Shown here piece by piece: positions 37,067 through 50,943 of a stretch of 64,000 nucleotides of DNA. Numbering within the stretch: position 1 is the stretch's first letter; every line of letters begins with the position of its first letter. Position numbers and translations under genes: made by a program. Where the stretch lies: assembly GCF_009914755.1 (NCBI RefSeq), contig NC_060930.1, one strand, 5' to 3'. The notes beneath the pieces were generated by a model. That model ran no database searches. It saw only the letters and a program-made list of their open reading frames with translations, and had not been told where the DNA came from. The stretch is from the human T2T-CHM13v2.0 reference genome, Homo sapiens.

Positions 37067-38135
37067 TAATATACATTAAAATTTGTATTTGCTTCTTGTG
37101 CCTAGGAGCACAAGAGAGCATTTGTAAACATTATTCTTTATCAAGTGTGATGAGATTTGAGAACAGATTAGGAAGATGGATCACTCTTCCTGTGGCCTTA
37201 TGCTTTATGCCTGCATTCTCTCTGCAGCTATAGAGGGCAGCTCTGAAGAGGCATTCATATCCTGTGTGTCATAGATTAAGAGACACCAGATGGATGAAGG
37301 GTAGTCAGAAAGTATGTCAGATGAGACTGTAAGATGTTTTTCTCTCACCTTTTGGGCTATATGACCTCAGTTACTCTCTACTGTTAACTGAAACTACTGT
37401 TAACCTACGTTTAGCCCAAGGGAATGGTTTCCTCTTGCTGCAGAATTTCCTGGAGACACAAGCAGGGAGAAGAATATACTTTGTAAACTTTTTAAGTCTG
37501 ATATCCTTGCCATGAAAGTGAGAAAAATCAGATGTTTTTCTCAAGTATTTAAAAAATTCTTTAAAAACTACATTACACGTAACCTGGGCAATATAAATAC
37601 ATAAGAAAGATCCTAAAATTCTACCATTCTAACGATAACACTTTTTGTGTTTTGGCATAGATTTCCTTTCAGTTTTTGAAACTTAGACTCTTTGATATGA
37701 AGATATATTATATTTTAATTATTACTTTTAGTGTTTGGCTGGTTAGGTAGGGTGGAGTTTACTTCCAAAATGCTTCGAAAGTTAAATCTTTATGGCAATG
37801 GGAATTTTTGAAAAACTTGTTATCTCTTAAATTATTTTTATGATTTATTAAGAAAGATTATATGTTATAAAGGCTTTATTGTGGACTTAGATTCAAATTT
37901 TAGCTTTCAGTAAATTACAGCAATATTAACCTTTTAATAGTTAAATAATTTACTTGAGGCATCAGTGTTTTAATTTTAATTTTTCTTCGTTTTCCAATGT
38001 TTGATTTATGGGTGTGGTATATATTAATAGACCATACCAATATGATCTATACATACAAATAATTTGCAAAGAATGGTTCAGTTCCATCTTTTGGGTACCG
38101 GGAGTTTGGAGTTCACTGTTAGGGATGGTGGGAAT

Positions 38136-38273
38136 ATTTATTTATTTTTATTTTTATAGAGACGGGTTCTTGCTATGTTGCCCAAGCTGGTCTTGAACTG
38201 CTGTCCTCAAGCTATCCTCCCATCTCCCCCCACAAAAGGCTGAGATTACAGGCATGAGCCACCACTCTGGGCC
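38136..38273 (-). mobile_element. FLAM-like Alu monomer
   Basis: single arm; atggtggga on both sides. Confidence 0.8.
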
Positions 38274-38479
38274 AATGGTGGGACTCTTGAAAGAACATTT
38301 TCTACTTCTTGTACGTCCTTAGCAGTGGCAAAGAGGTTTCTGAGAGCAGCAATGTCAGAAAATGACATCTGCTGGCCCTGGTGTCTATAGCGTCACTACA
38401 CTACTCTACCTGAAGTTCTATATATCCCAAAGAAAAATGCTTGTAAGGGACCTTCACTCCTTTTGTAAATTCTCTAGAT

Positions 38480-38793
38480 CAGAAATATCCAATTGGTAAT
38501 GACCTGCAAAGGCAAACCACATGTCACTTTAATTTTTCTAGTAGCCATTGAATAAAAGTAAAAAGAAGCAGGTGAAATTAATTTTAATAAAGACTCTATT
38601 CAACCCAATATGTTAAATATTTTAATGTCATTAATATGAAATCTTTAATGAGATATATTGCATTCTCTTTTTTGTACTAAGTCTTTGAAATCTGGCATGT
38701 ATTTTACATTTATAGACATCTTGCTTCTAAGTAGTGACATTTCAAGTGCTCAGTAGCCACATGTGGCCAAAGTCCATCATACTGGACGATGCA
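38480..38793. mobile_element. MER33/MER3 hAT-Charlie DNA transposon
   Basis: tttttctagtagcca...aaaagtaaaaagaagcaggtgaaattaattttaataa...catttcaagtgctcagtagccacatgtggc. Confidence 0.82.
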
Positions 38794-38929
38794 GTTCTTG
38801 ATGCTTAGATGGTAGATGTGTTTGAGGCTTGAGGCTATCTTAATTCTGTAGGAAAGGCATTAATTGTTGTTAAACAAAACCAATCTCTTTAACACCAAAA
38901 ATCATTTAAATATTAATATTTTATTTTAG

Positions 38930-39006
38930 GTACAAATACAGGCATTTATGAACAGTAGTTTTGGGAAAATCTTATCTTCTCAGCAGGCTCTTCAGCTACT
39001 TCAAAG
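38930..39006 (+). CDS. DNAH8: Dynein heavy chain exon G (77 nt, 0-2)
   Basis: attttag|GTA...AG|gtattc; VQIQAFMNSSFGKILSSQQALQLLQ(R); phase matches the next exon. Confidence 0.9.
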
Positions 39007-39894
39007 GTATTCATAACACTTTAAGCAGAGTAGTTTCTGGGGGGAATAACTTTAAATCTAAAAATACAATTTCAAATTAGGATGTTGTTGGAAATCTGTC
39101 CTACATAAACCTTAAAACTTACAAACATAAACTTTTCAATTACCACTAAATAGACTGGTAAAGATTTGAAATAAAGAATGATATGTTCTAATTGCATTGT
39201 TTTGGTAGCAGAAAGTCTTTCAACAAGAAAATGAAATTATTTCTCATGTTTCCCCTCCCTGCCCCCAGCCATGTCATATGTTTGGGGTTAATTTTATAGG
39301 TATTGTTGGAAAGGGAACAAATAATGTTTACTTCTACATACTGAAAGAATTTCTGAAAGTGAGATTATCTAAGAATAATAGATTCCAAAACTTTCCATTT
39401 TCCCTCCTGAGGGCTCCTGCACCTTAAAAGAAATTGTGTATACTTAAGGTGTATAACATGATATTTTTAAATATGTAGTGAAATGGTTGCTACAACCAAG
39501 CCAGATAACACATTCATCATCTCACCGAGTTATCTGTCCCCCACATTTTTTTGTGGTATGAACAGCTGAAATCTTCTCTCCTTTAGCTTCCTTTCCCTCT
39601 ATCCTAACAGCACTACTCTCTCAAAGGGCGAGGAATCCCAGATTAGAGGGCTGAGCGGGACTAGAAGCCTTTCCCTTTCAGCACAGGGAGGGCTCAAGAC
39701 CTGTGTCAGGGACGCTTGTGGAACTCTTCCCTGAGAGCCAGCGGATCTAGTGTTGGGTCTGGCTTTGCATGGTTCCACGGCTGTAATGATGGAGACCTGG
39801 TGAGACCATTGTAAAAAAAGTCAAAACAGAAATAACATAATTTTGACATGTGACAGTACTGCACAGATGGCAGGTACCATTTTCTTGGCGACTT

Positions 39895-39951
39895 CTGTCT
39901 CTGTCTCTCTATTTCTCTCTGTCTCTCTCTTTCTGTCTCTCTCTCTCTCTT
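39895..39951 (+). repeat. (CT)n-rich microsatellite
   Basis: tctgtctctgtctctctatttctctctgtctctctc... Confidence 0.8.
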
Positions 39952-40507
39952 TTTACCTGTAGTATGCTGATGTCAATTCATTTTATTACCAGAATGTTGT
40001 AGTTTTTAGTATTTCCTGTGTGTCATTCAGTCTCTGAATGGAAGTGACATTTAGCTGACAAAGTTGTTTTTGTGATTATGGTTAAATGGTTATATGGAAT
40101 TATATGGAATTAACACTGGCAGAGGGAGAGTCAATGTGTTCTCTTCCATCTTTGCTAAGCCATCTCCTCACTCATCTTGTAATCTGTTTGTCATTTTCTC
40201 AGGGTGTCTTACTTGAATCCCCAGACTTGTCTAGGTCTCTCTTAGTTATAGGCATTTCTGACCCATTTGTAATTTAAATAATTATTTTTGTTACTCTTGG
40301 CAGATGTCTGTCTTTTCCATAAGATAATTGTGGGTTCCAAGAGAACTAGGACTGTACCTCCTATCTCGTTCATTGCTTTGTCCTAGGACAACGAATGAGG
40401 GCTGGTATGAATATTTGTCAAATGAATGAATGGATGGTTAGTATGACAGCAAGTCTTAAGTATATTTCTCATTTACTTTTTAACCATTCAGCTTTGATTA
40501 CTTTTAG

Positions 40508-40607
40508 GTTTCAGAAGCTGAACATTCCCTGTCTGGGATTAGAAATAAACCACACAATAGAGCGTATTCTTCAGTACTATGTGGCTGAACTTGATGCTAC
40601 TAAGAAG
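40508..40607 (+). CDS. DNAH8: Dynein heavy chain exon H (100 nt, 2-0) ending at a GC donor
   Basis: cttttag|G TTT...AAG AAG|gcaagt; (R)FQKLNIPCLGLEINHTIERILQYYVAELDATKK; the GC donor gives the phase-0 join to exon I. Confidence 0.87.
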
Positions 40608-40812
40608 GCAAGTGTCATGTTTATAAATAAAATGGTACATTAGCACAAAAAGAAAAAAAATCTGAAAATATTTGCCATCATTGTCTCATGCCAAGCTTTT
40701 CAGAGTGATTCTTTCTCTGCTAAGGAGCATTGACGCTCCCTTCTGTGTGGGAAGGTGCTTGACAGTGTATATTGCTGGACAGCCAGATTTACTCCTCTTT
40801 GCTGTGATCTTA

Positions 40813-41400
40813 CCAGTTATCCCACCATTATTTATTGAGTAGGAAGTCCTTTTCTCATTGTTTGTTTTTGTCATTGCTGAGTATGTACCCAAAGGAATAC
40901 AAATCATTCTGTCATAAAGACACATGCACGCATATGTTCATTGCAGCACTATTCACAATAGCAGAGATATGGAATCAACCCAAATGCCCATCAATGGTAG
41001 ACTGGGTAAAGAAAAGGTGGTAGATACACCATGGAATGTTATGCATCCAAAAAAAAAATGAATGAGATCATGTCCTTTGCAGGAACATGGACGAAGCTAG
41101 AGGCTATTATCCTAAGCCAACTAGTGCAGGAACAGAAAACCGAATACCACATGTTCTCACTTATAAGTGGGAGCTAAACATTGAGTACACATGGACACAA
41201 AGAAGGGAACAGTAGACACTGGGGCCTACTGGAGGGTGGGAGAAGGGAGAGGATCAGGAAAAGCAACTAATGGACACTAAGCTTAACACCTGGGTGATGA
41301 AAAAATCTGTACAACTAATCCTCATGACACGAGTTTACCTATATAACAAACAAACAAACAAACATGTAACCCTGAACTTAAAATAAAAGTTAAAAAAAAA
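40813..41400 (+). mobile_element. L1PA/PB 3' end with a short 5' inversion
   Basis: antisense ccagttatcccacc...tttgtttttgtc (40813-40873), then sense [26 protein letters not shown] through to the A tail. Confidence 0.82.
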
Positions 41401-41795
41401 CTATCATATTGCCCCCGTTTTCTGGTGTGTGTATAGCAAAGCCCGTTTAAGTTAGTATTTTTGCCTATAGAAATATGGGCTCTAGATACTATTATGACAG
41501 ATATTAATATGTAGCTATGTGCTCCGTTTGAATACCTCCTTGAAATTTGGGATAAGGGCAGAAAAAAAATACATGTAATAGGAAATAAAGGTGAAGAGAA
41601 AATTAAGTGTCGTATATGGTCAACATCATTGTTTCAAAATCTCAGGTTACCTTGGATGTGCATTTACATATTTATTGACTACCTACTGTATATAAAACAT
41701 GAATAATGATAAAACAATACAAATATAGCTGTATATATTTTTTGCCTTCTCCCTTGTATTGAATTCAAACATTAACATCAGATTTTTAATTACAG

Positions 41796-41915
41796 CTTTA
41801 TCATTCTCAGAAAGATGACCCCCCTCTTGCTCGCAACATGCCCCCTATAGCAGGAAAAATACTCTGGGTGAGGCAGCTCTATCGCCGGATAAGTGAGCCC
41901 ATCAATTATTTCTTT
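41796..41915 (+). CDS. DNAH8: Dynein heavy chain exon I (120 nt, 0-0)
   Basis: ttacag|CTT...TTT|gtaagc; [40 protein letters not shown] (conserved [12 protein letters not shown] motif). Confidence 0.95.
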
Positions 41916-42792
41916 GTAAGCCAAGAATTAAATTTTAATATGTGGATTTTGGTGGTTTTAATATAACAAATATATCATATCCTATAATATTTGTGTGCAT
42001 TAAAGTAGCCAACAACGAGCCAATTCTTTTACCAGGCAAGGAAAATTTAGTTTATAAATATACTTGAGAGAGACAAAGTCAATTCCTTCAGGTTTAGTAG
42101 ATAAGCCAGTCTAATTACAGTTATCTCAAAGTCAGTGAATCTTATAATTTTATGTCTTTTAATAACACAGGACACTTTGTAAAGCCTTTTAAAAAGTAAA
42201 AATAAAAAATTTGAAAACAATAAAGTACAGGCCTAGCACAGAAGCTTACTTCTGTGTATGGGCAGATAGGTCACTGATACATACTCAGTGAAGGTGAAGA
42301 TAAAGCCAAAGAGTGTATTCCTGTATGAAGAACTGCCACTGAGAGCGGAATATAATACAGTTGATTCATTCTCTATGTCCTTCAGATTATTAGATTTCTG
42401 AAAAACAGGACAGTCTTGGGCCCTGTTGGCATTCTGAAATTGCCAGTTTGTCTTTTCTTTGTCCTTATTATTTTCTTAAATTTTATTTAAGAGACAGAGT
42501 CACAAGGTGGAGTTGGTTTGCTTGATCTCGTGCCCTTTGCTGAAATATAGAACAATATAACTACAAAACAGTAGTTTTGCAAGTAATTGTATTATTTCAG
42601 CATTATTAAATATGAAGATTCTGTTGTTTCTCTTTTGCTGCCATCATTTGTGTCATTGTTCTGAATATCAAAAAAAAATTAAAACCCTGAGTCCCTACTC
42701 GGGGGACTCAGTTGCTGATTGACTTTGTGGTGAGAGGGCAGAGATTGCCCTGTTTGACATGTGAATCGAAACCTAAATCTTTTGATTTTTAA

Positions 42793-43118
<326 letters not shown>

Positions 43119-43541
43119 CAAGAAATTTTATTTTTATCGTTTGATACATGGTTACCTTTTTTTGCGTGCTGGAATTTAGGAATTTGCCCTGTTATTCATG
43201 GTTCAAGGAACATCAGTCAATTATATCTTGTCCAGAACAGTGGGATGGGATCAGAAAAGGAGGTAGAGACACTGAATGCCTGGGGCAGGCTGTGGGGCTG
43301 GAGACCTCTCTCTTTCTAAACCCTTTGTTTCCTTTTCCAGTCTTCCCTCTATATACTGATAACGTTTCCCTACTTCTGCTTCTTGCTGATATGGCCTTCC
43401 CCATCTCTGTTTTACTGTGAGGCAGAATCTAAACTGGTAGCATAATTATTTGATATCATTTTACATGTAAGTACTTTCATTATTTGGATATAAAAACATT
43501 CAGCAGTCTTTTAAAGTAAATCTTTTCCCTTAAAAAAACAG

Positions 43542-43677
43542 AAAAACTCAGACATTTTATCAAGTCCGGACGGTAAAGCTGTCATCCGTCAGTATAACAA
43601 GATCTCCTATGTGCTGGTGGAATTCGAGGTGGTCTATCACACAGCCTGGATCAGAGAGATTTCACAGTTGCATTACG
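43542..43677 (+). CDS. DNAH8: Dynein heavy chain exon J (136 nt, 0-1)
   Basis: aaaacag|AAA...TAC G|gtgtgt; KNSDILSSPDGKAVIRQYNKISYVLVEFEVVYHTAWIREISQLHY. Confidence 0.88.
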
Positions 43678-45159
43678 GTGTGTATAACACTGCCATGAGC
43701 CTACAAAGTAGGGATTAGGTGATTTTGAATGAGTTCATAGTTCTGGAGAACTTTTTCCATCCCTTCCACATAATCTTAGGATAGTTACAATTTAGATTTA
43801 GGGATGCTACAGTGGTTTATTTGTTTACAGTTGTTAATAATATTCTGATTTTATAAGTGAAAATGATCATGACCTTGAAGATGACATACTTAACTTAGGA
43901 CTTTCTACCAAAAACCAGTATGTGAAAGTAAAAATATCTTTAGGGATATTTCTCCAGACTTTATGAAAGTGTTCATATTCAGTTGTATCATGATATAGAT
44001 TCAAATCTCAGTCCCATTCTGGAGAGAAAAAATTGCATCCTGCCTTCTTTCCTCTCTCCCTGCTTCCCTTCCTTCCTGTGTCTCTCCTTTACTTTCTCCC
44101 TTTTTTATTACTGAATTTAATTTCAGGTTTGAGCTCCAGTAAATGAAGCGTTTTAGTGCACTGTGTCTGCGTGCCTCTGAGGGGAGGGCTTATGTGTTGC
44201 CAAGGCTTTGGGCGGAGTTAAATGTGAGACGGGATGGTTCTTAGCCATTATCCAGCCCTCCTGGATGTTGTTTTTGTGTGGGCTCAATGGTTGGTCAGTT
44301 CAGATTCCTGCTTTGTCTCATCTTAACCTTAAACTCTTAGTTATAATCTCAACCCTAAACTCTTATACGTGACCTTGGTGGACCCCTTACTGGGTCCCTT
44401 GGTAGAAAGGTTTCTCCCTCCCAAACCAGCGTCTCCACCTCAGCAGAGCACAGCATTGCAGGCGCAGGAAGCACAAGTTCTGCAGGTGGGTTGCTGGAAC
44501 GGTGGTGAGAGGAGTCACTCCTACTTCTGCCTCTTGGTTCCAGAACTCATGTATTTTAGCTGTGTGGGGACACAGCACTTATTTACAGGCCATTGATTCA
44601 CAGCATACCTGCATCCTAGAGGACAGTGCCCCAACCCCCGCAGGGTGTCGTCCCTAACAGGAACCGTAGGTAAGCCTTTAATAAGCCACTTTTATCAGGC
44701 CAGCTGTTTCTGGGTGCTGTGCTATATGGTAGGACCCTGTGGACTCTAAAGAAAGCCTGTTTATGGAGCAGAACTCTCAAAGGAGCTTCGAGAGGAGCTT
44801 AAAACTCAGACTATGGAAAAAGGCAAAAGAGAATTTTTAACAACTGAAGCATATACTGGTTTTGTTTTGGTTCTACAATGCCGCGCACTTAATTTTCTTT
44901 TTCTCCTGGTGGTTTTTCTACCCCCAATACCCTTTCTCTTATCTGCACATATTCAAAAACAAGCTCTACAGTCACCTGTTTCATACAGCCTTTCCTTATT
45001 CTTCCTGGCAGAAAATAATAATTCCTCCAGAGCCCACCACATACTTTATCTGTAGCTCTTTCTCAGGACACTTACTGCTTTATAGATCTACCTTGTGTCC
45101 CCTACACCTTCCAAGGTTACCCTCTATGTCTGTTTCATCTGATATCCTTTAAAAAATGG

Positions 45160-45390
45160 TCATAGCTAACATTTATACAGTGCTCACCATGTGCCAGGCT
45201 TTGTCTCAGCACATTACATGTATTATGCAAATTACTTTAATCCTAACAGCAAACCTACAAGGAACTATTATTAGCCTTGTTTTACAGATGAGAAAACTGA
45301 GACACTGACACATTAAGTGGCTTGCCCAAGATCACACAGCTCATTCAAATTCAGATAGTCTGGCTTCCAAATCCGTTCTCTTAACCATTT
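45160..45390 (-). mobile_element. MIR
   Basis: gttttacagatgagaaaactgagac...ttaagtggcttgcccaagatcacacagc. Confidence 0.85.
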
Positions 45391-46050
45391 AAAATACTGT
45401 ACTGTTTCTAACAGTGTCAAGAATGATGCCAGGCATGCTTGGGGGCTCTTAAAATATTTTAAAAATGTCCAATAAGTAGACATTAGACAATCTTGATGAG
45501 TAATAATTTTATCAAGTTTTCAGAAGAGTTTGTTCCCCTTGAGAACATCAGTTGGCCTCTATTGGGTGCACTATACTCATTGCAGTGGATTGATGTCCAG
45601 GAGAAGTGATCACATACAAACAATATGAAGTAGAATTCTTTCATACTTTCAATATGAAGTAGAATTCTTTCGTGTTTTTTCACAAGTAAAACAAACAGTC
45701 AGTAGAATTCTTTAACTTCTTTCATTTCATTTCAGAAATGAATTGCTCTGGAAGGCTTCCTTTGTCCTAGTGATGTGACTGTACTTGGCCACATAGGAGC
45801 TTCTAGTAATAATTGGATATGTAGCATCAGCCTCCTTTAGTTGGTTGCTCAGTAAAGTTTCTCTGATGGTGGTTCACATACGATGAAATGCTTGTCTTGT
45901 CCTGGAGCAGACTTCCTGACTGTCATTATTGGTCTGTTTTAGTTGTCTTGACCTTTTTGTCTTTTCAAGCAAGCTCAGTACAGTTTTAAGGAAGACAGAT
46001 TTAAATGTTCAAAAGTTCTTTTGGAATTTCCTTGGTAGGATAAGTGATTT

Positions 46051-46283
46051 ATTTATTTATTTATTTTTATTTTACTTTAAGTTCTGGGATTTCTGCACCT
46101 GTCCACCTGTCATCTAGATTTTAAGCCCCGCATGCATTAGGTACTTTGTCCTAATACTTTCCCTCCCCTTGCTCCCCACCCCCCGACAGGCCCTGGTGTG
46201 TGCCGTTCCCCTCCCTGTGTCCATGTGTTCTCATTGTTCAACTCCCACTTATGAGTGAGAACATGCAGTGCTTGGTTTTCTGT
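46051..46283 (-). mobile_element. L1PA8-like 3' UTR fragment
   Basis: perfect 15-bp TSD taggataagtgattt (46036-46050 / 46284-46298). Confidence 0.9.
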
Positions 46284-47302
46284 TAGGATAAGTGATTTCT
46301 AATCCATCTTAAAAAGATTCTAAGCGAGTTGGATAAAATTTTAAGTTGAAATTGTCATTTAGCTTGAAAACCTGCATCATTAAGGGCCATATCAAGACTA
46401 ATTTTATCTGATGAGTAAAAGTCAACTAACTTCAAAGAGATATACAAACTATTTTATTTTACTAGAAGTTTGATGTGGCCACATTCAACAAAACAATGTG
46501 AGGTTTGGAAGATTTGGTAATTGTGATAAAATTCTCATGTTAGTAGTGTTTGTTAATACAAGATGTAATTCAAACTAGCACATGCTTGTCTATAATAAGT
46601 GTTTTATTATTATGCCTGTAGAAGTTCTTCATGTTAAGCTAACAAATAATCTAAGGCTACCCAGTAAGAACTGCTTGGGCTTATGTATTTCAATTCATAA
46701 TAAAATAGATATCTGAAAATGCTTGTTTATATGAATGATGTTTATGTGAGATGTAGTGTAAAACATCTTCCCTCCTTTCCAGGATTTCACAACTCAATGG
46801 TATTTAATAAATATTTCTTACTGATTTTGAGCCTATTTATCAGAAATACAGGATGGAGATTTAATTTAAATAAGCCTCTTTAAAGAAGACAGTTTGGGGT
46901 CTGAGTGGGAAAGAGTTTGAAATGAGGTGGGGCATCTTTTGTGATTCTAACCATCTTCTGGTTCTTTCTCAGGGGTGAAGTCATAATCCATAAGATAAAC
47001 TGACATAGACCTATTCAACCCACTCAGAAAAATATTGCAATTCATAGCACAAAGCACCATTCTTGGTCAATGTTTCTCTCCCTGGATCTGATTTTGTGGC
47101 TTTGCAGACACTCTTCATTCATTTATCTTAGTTTTGAGTATTCACTATGTGCCAGACGCTGTGCCTTAGCACCTGGGGCATCCAAAACATTTCCTTTGCC
47201 CTCAAGAAGTTAGTAATCCAGGGGGCAAGACAGAAATATAAACACAGCTGGAAGCAGAAAGGAAATTCAGAATGAGTAATGTCAATCATTATTTATTTGT
47301 AG

Positions 47303-47490
47303 CTTTACAAGCCACGCTTTTTGTGCGACATCCAGAAACAGGGAAGTTGCTGGTTAATTTCGATCCCAAAATTTTGGAAGTTGTTCGGGAAACTAAGTGT
47401 ATGATAAAAATGAAGTTGGATGTACCAGAACAGGCAAAGAGATTGCTAAAATTGGAAAGTAAATTGAAAGCAGACAAACTGTATTTGCAG
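47303..47490 (+). CDS. DNAH8: Dynein heavy chain exon K (188 nt, 1-0)
   Basis: tttgtag|CT...CAG|gtaaga; (A)LQATLFVRHPETGKLLVNFDPKILEVVRETKCMIKMKLDVPEQAKRLLKLESKLKADKLYLQ (VNFDP motif). Confidence 0.95.
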
Positions 47491-47982
47491 GTAAGATAGA
47501 TTATGTTTTCTAATTATTTTTGAAGGAGTTTTTTGGTAAAAAAAATATGTATATATATATATATATCCCTGCAGTTATGCTTCATGGCATTGAGGGAAAA
47601 TTTGTTAATATGTTGATTCTTGATAGAATTAAAATACTGACTTGCAAACCAAAGAAAAGATTGGAAATGGAAAGCAAAAAGTGAGAAGATTATCAGAAAT
47701 CAGATTTAGGTTTCTGGATAATGACTGACGAAATAGCAAGTTTCAAAAACTATTCTTAATATAATTTTATAGATCTTGTGCATTAAATTTTATAATATAC
47801 TTATCCTAGAATATTTATAAGATATAAATTAATAAAGTGGGGTGACTATACAATACAAGTAGAGGTGATTCTCAACATTGTGGGGCAAAAAGGAGCATTA
47901 TTTCAATTAAAGTTCACTAGTGCGGCAAAGTAAAATCTAACAAAATGAAAATGGTAGGCAAAAACTGACATTAACATGTACT

Positions 47983-48281
<299 letters not shown>

Positions 48282-48620
48282 TCAATCTTTGATTCAAAGG
48301 TCGAATCAAAGTATATTCAGATCCTAACACATTGTTTCTAAAATGTTTGACAAGAGTTAAGTAACATGAGAAATTCTTTAGAAAGCCAGTTAAAACAGCA
48401 AGCTGCATTAACTCCTCTTCTTTGCTTTTCTTGGCAGGCTGTGGACATGTATTTTGGAATGCAGGAAAATATATAAATGCAAGGACATTTTTTTTCCAGT
48501 ACAATTAGTAATAGCAAAAGACTGGAGTCTAACTCCAACAATACAGAACTGATTAAATATGAGTTATAAGATAACTATACAGACATTAATGGAACAGCTG
48601 ATTATTCAATGAGAAAATGA

Positions 48621-48987
<367 letters not shown>

Positions 48988-50340
48988 TATTGTTTGTCAT
49001 TTTTATGATAGCCCTCCTGGTGAGTGTGAGGTGGTATCTCCTTTTGATTTTGTTTCATTTCCCTAATGGCTGGTGATTTTTGAGCATCTTTTCATATGCT
49101 TACTAACCTTTTGCATACTTTCGTTCAGCAGCATCTATTCAGATCCTTTGCTCATTTTTAAATTGAGTATTTGTCTATTTTTTTAGTTATAAAGTTCATT
49201 TTAGGTTTTAAATACTATCCCTTATCAGATATATGATTTGCAAATTTTTTCTCCCATTCTTTGGGTTGTATTTTCATTTTCTTGATGGTGTTCTTTGAAG
49301 CACAAACATTTTAAATTTTGCTGAAGTCCAATTTATCTACTTTGTCTTTTGTGTTTTTGGTGTCATAGCTAAGAAACCTTTTTTGAATCCAAAGTCATGA
49401 AGATTTGTGGCGTGTTGTCTTCCAACAGTTTAATAGTTTAGCTCTTACCAAAATAGTATTTAATTGTCTTTTTTTTGAAAAAAACTGGAGTAACATTGGT
49501 ATTGTGGAAACTGGATTTGGCATCAAAAGCCATGCATGAGCTTTTTTACTGGCTAGCTGTGACTTTGGAGGATTAGGTTTAAATGTACTGTTATAAATCG
49601 AAGCTAATATAGTTTGCATTACATCTTGCAAGATTTTAGCTAGTATTGAACAATATCAAGAAAGTCAAAGTTCTTTAGCCAGTGTCAAGTAGAAATAAAA
49701 CTTCAACTACAAGTAATGTATAAAGGGGAAAGAGGAATCAAGAGCTTTGAAACTATTAGGTAAAAATTGAAACAGTTTGAAACAGTTTAAGATTATTAAT
49801 TTGGAGATAAAGTAACTCGAATCCGCATTTCCCACACCACAGTGTAGTAAATTACAAAATAGTAAAAAATTGATCATCATGGATCATCTCTAAAACAACA
49901 TCTAAGAGATAACATAAAAGCTTATTCTGTTTGTGTGGAAAAGCTAAATTTATTTTGACTCGAGAAAGCAAGTGTGGCATCAGTGATAAGATGAGGATGT
50001 TTTAATGTGTCAGAAGATAAGGAACAAAAGAGGAAATGTGTAATGACAGATATCACAAAAAGATAATAATTCAAACTACTTAATATACATCTAGAAAGAC
50101 AAGTGATAAATATGAAAAATGAAGATGTAGAAATTGCTACTGACTTGTTTAAAGGAGATGCTCAGGTAATTTACAGGTACAGAGAAAGTGTGGTAAATCA
50201 GCATAAGTTTAAATGGGCAGCTGTCATGATGACAGGACTACGAGGAAACTGGGATTATGAAACCTTCCTGGAATGAATCAAAATGTGACTGCTACTTTAA
50301 AATGAATTAAAATAAAACATGCCATTTCAACTTCCTACAG

Positions 50341-50421
50341 GGTCTTCTGCAATATTATGATGAGTTATGTCAGGAAGTGCCTTCTGTGTTTGTCAATCTG
50401 ATGACCCCAAAAATGAAAAAG
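50341..50421 (+). CDS. DNAH8: Dynein heavy chain exon L (81 nt, 0-0)
   Basis: cttcctacag|GGT...AAG|gttggt; GLLQYYDELCQEVPSVFVNLMTPKMKK. Confidence 0.9.
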
Positions 50422-50826
50422 GTTGGTATTGCTGAAGGTTTGTATTGATTTTCCTGTTATTTAAAATTAGATTTCGGTTCTATAAACTATGGATTTTGGA
50501 ACATCTATTCTTCTTTAGACCCTCCATCTTTCTAGTTCAATTTTATAGCTCTGTTTTTTTTTTTTCTGCAGAATTTCTTGTCTAAGTTTCGTTGCCTTTG
50601 AAAAAACAACTAAATCTAAATCATGAGCATTTTTTCTGAAAATTCATGATTGTTTCCTGGACAGCCAAAGATGGTTAAAAATAAAAAGTCATCTTTATTA
50701 GGTGTAATAGAGGGAAAATACATGTAAGAAAATATAACATATAATATTTGTAGGTGATAAATCCTCTTCTATAAGTGCAGATGCTCCTGTTGATAATAGA
50801 AGCAGTTGTGTTTTTACCGTTTCTAG

Positions 50827-50943
50827 GTGGAATCTGTGTTGAGGCAAGGACTCACAGTGTTAACATGGTCGTCTTTAACACTGGAAAGCTTCTTTCAAGA
50901 AGTCGAATTAGTTTTGGATATGTTCAATCAACTTTTAAAGAAG
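50827..50943 (+). CDS. DNAH8: Dynein heavy chain exon M (117 nt, 0-0)
   Basis: tttctag|GTG...AAG|gtatga; VESVLRQGLTVLTWSSLTLESFFQEVELVLDMFNQLLKK (GL-x-x-L-T-W-x-S motif). Confidence 0.93.

Noticed and set aside
39007-39014. U12-type donor at exon G (gtattcat)
   Set aside because: Does not match GTATCCTT, and no clear TCCTTAAC branch site precedes exon H
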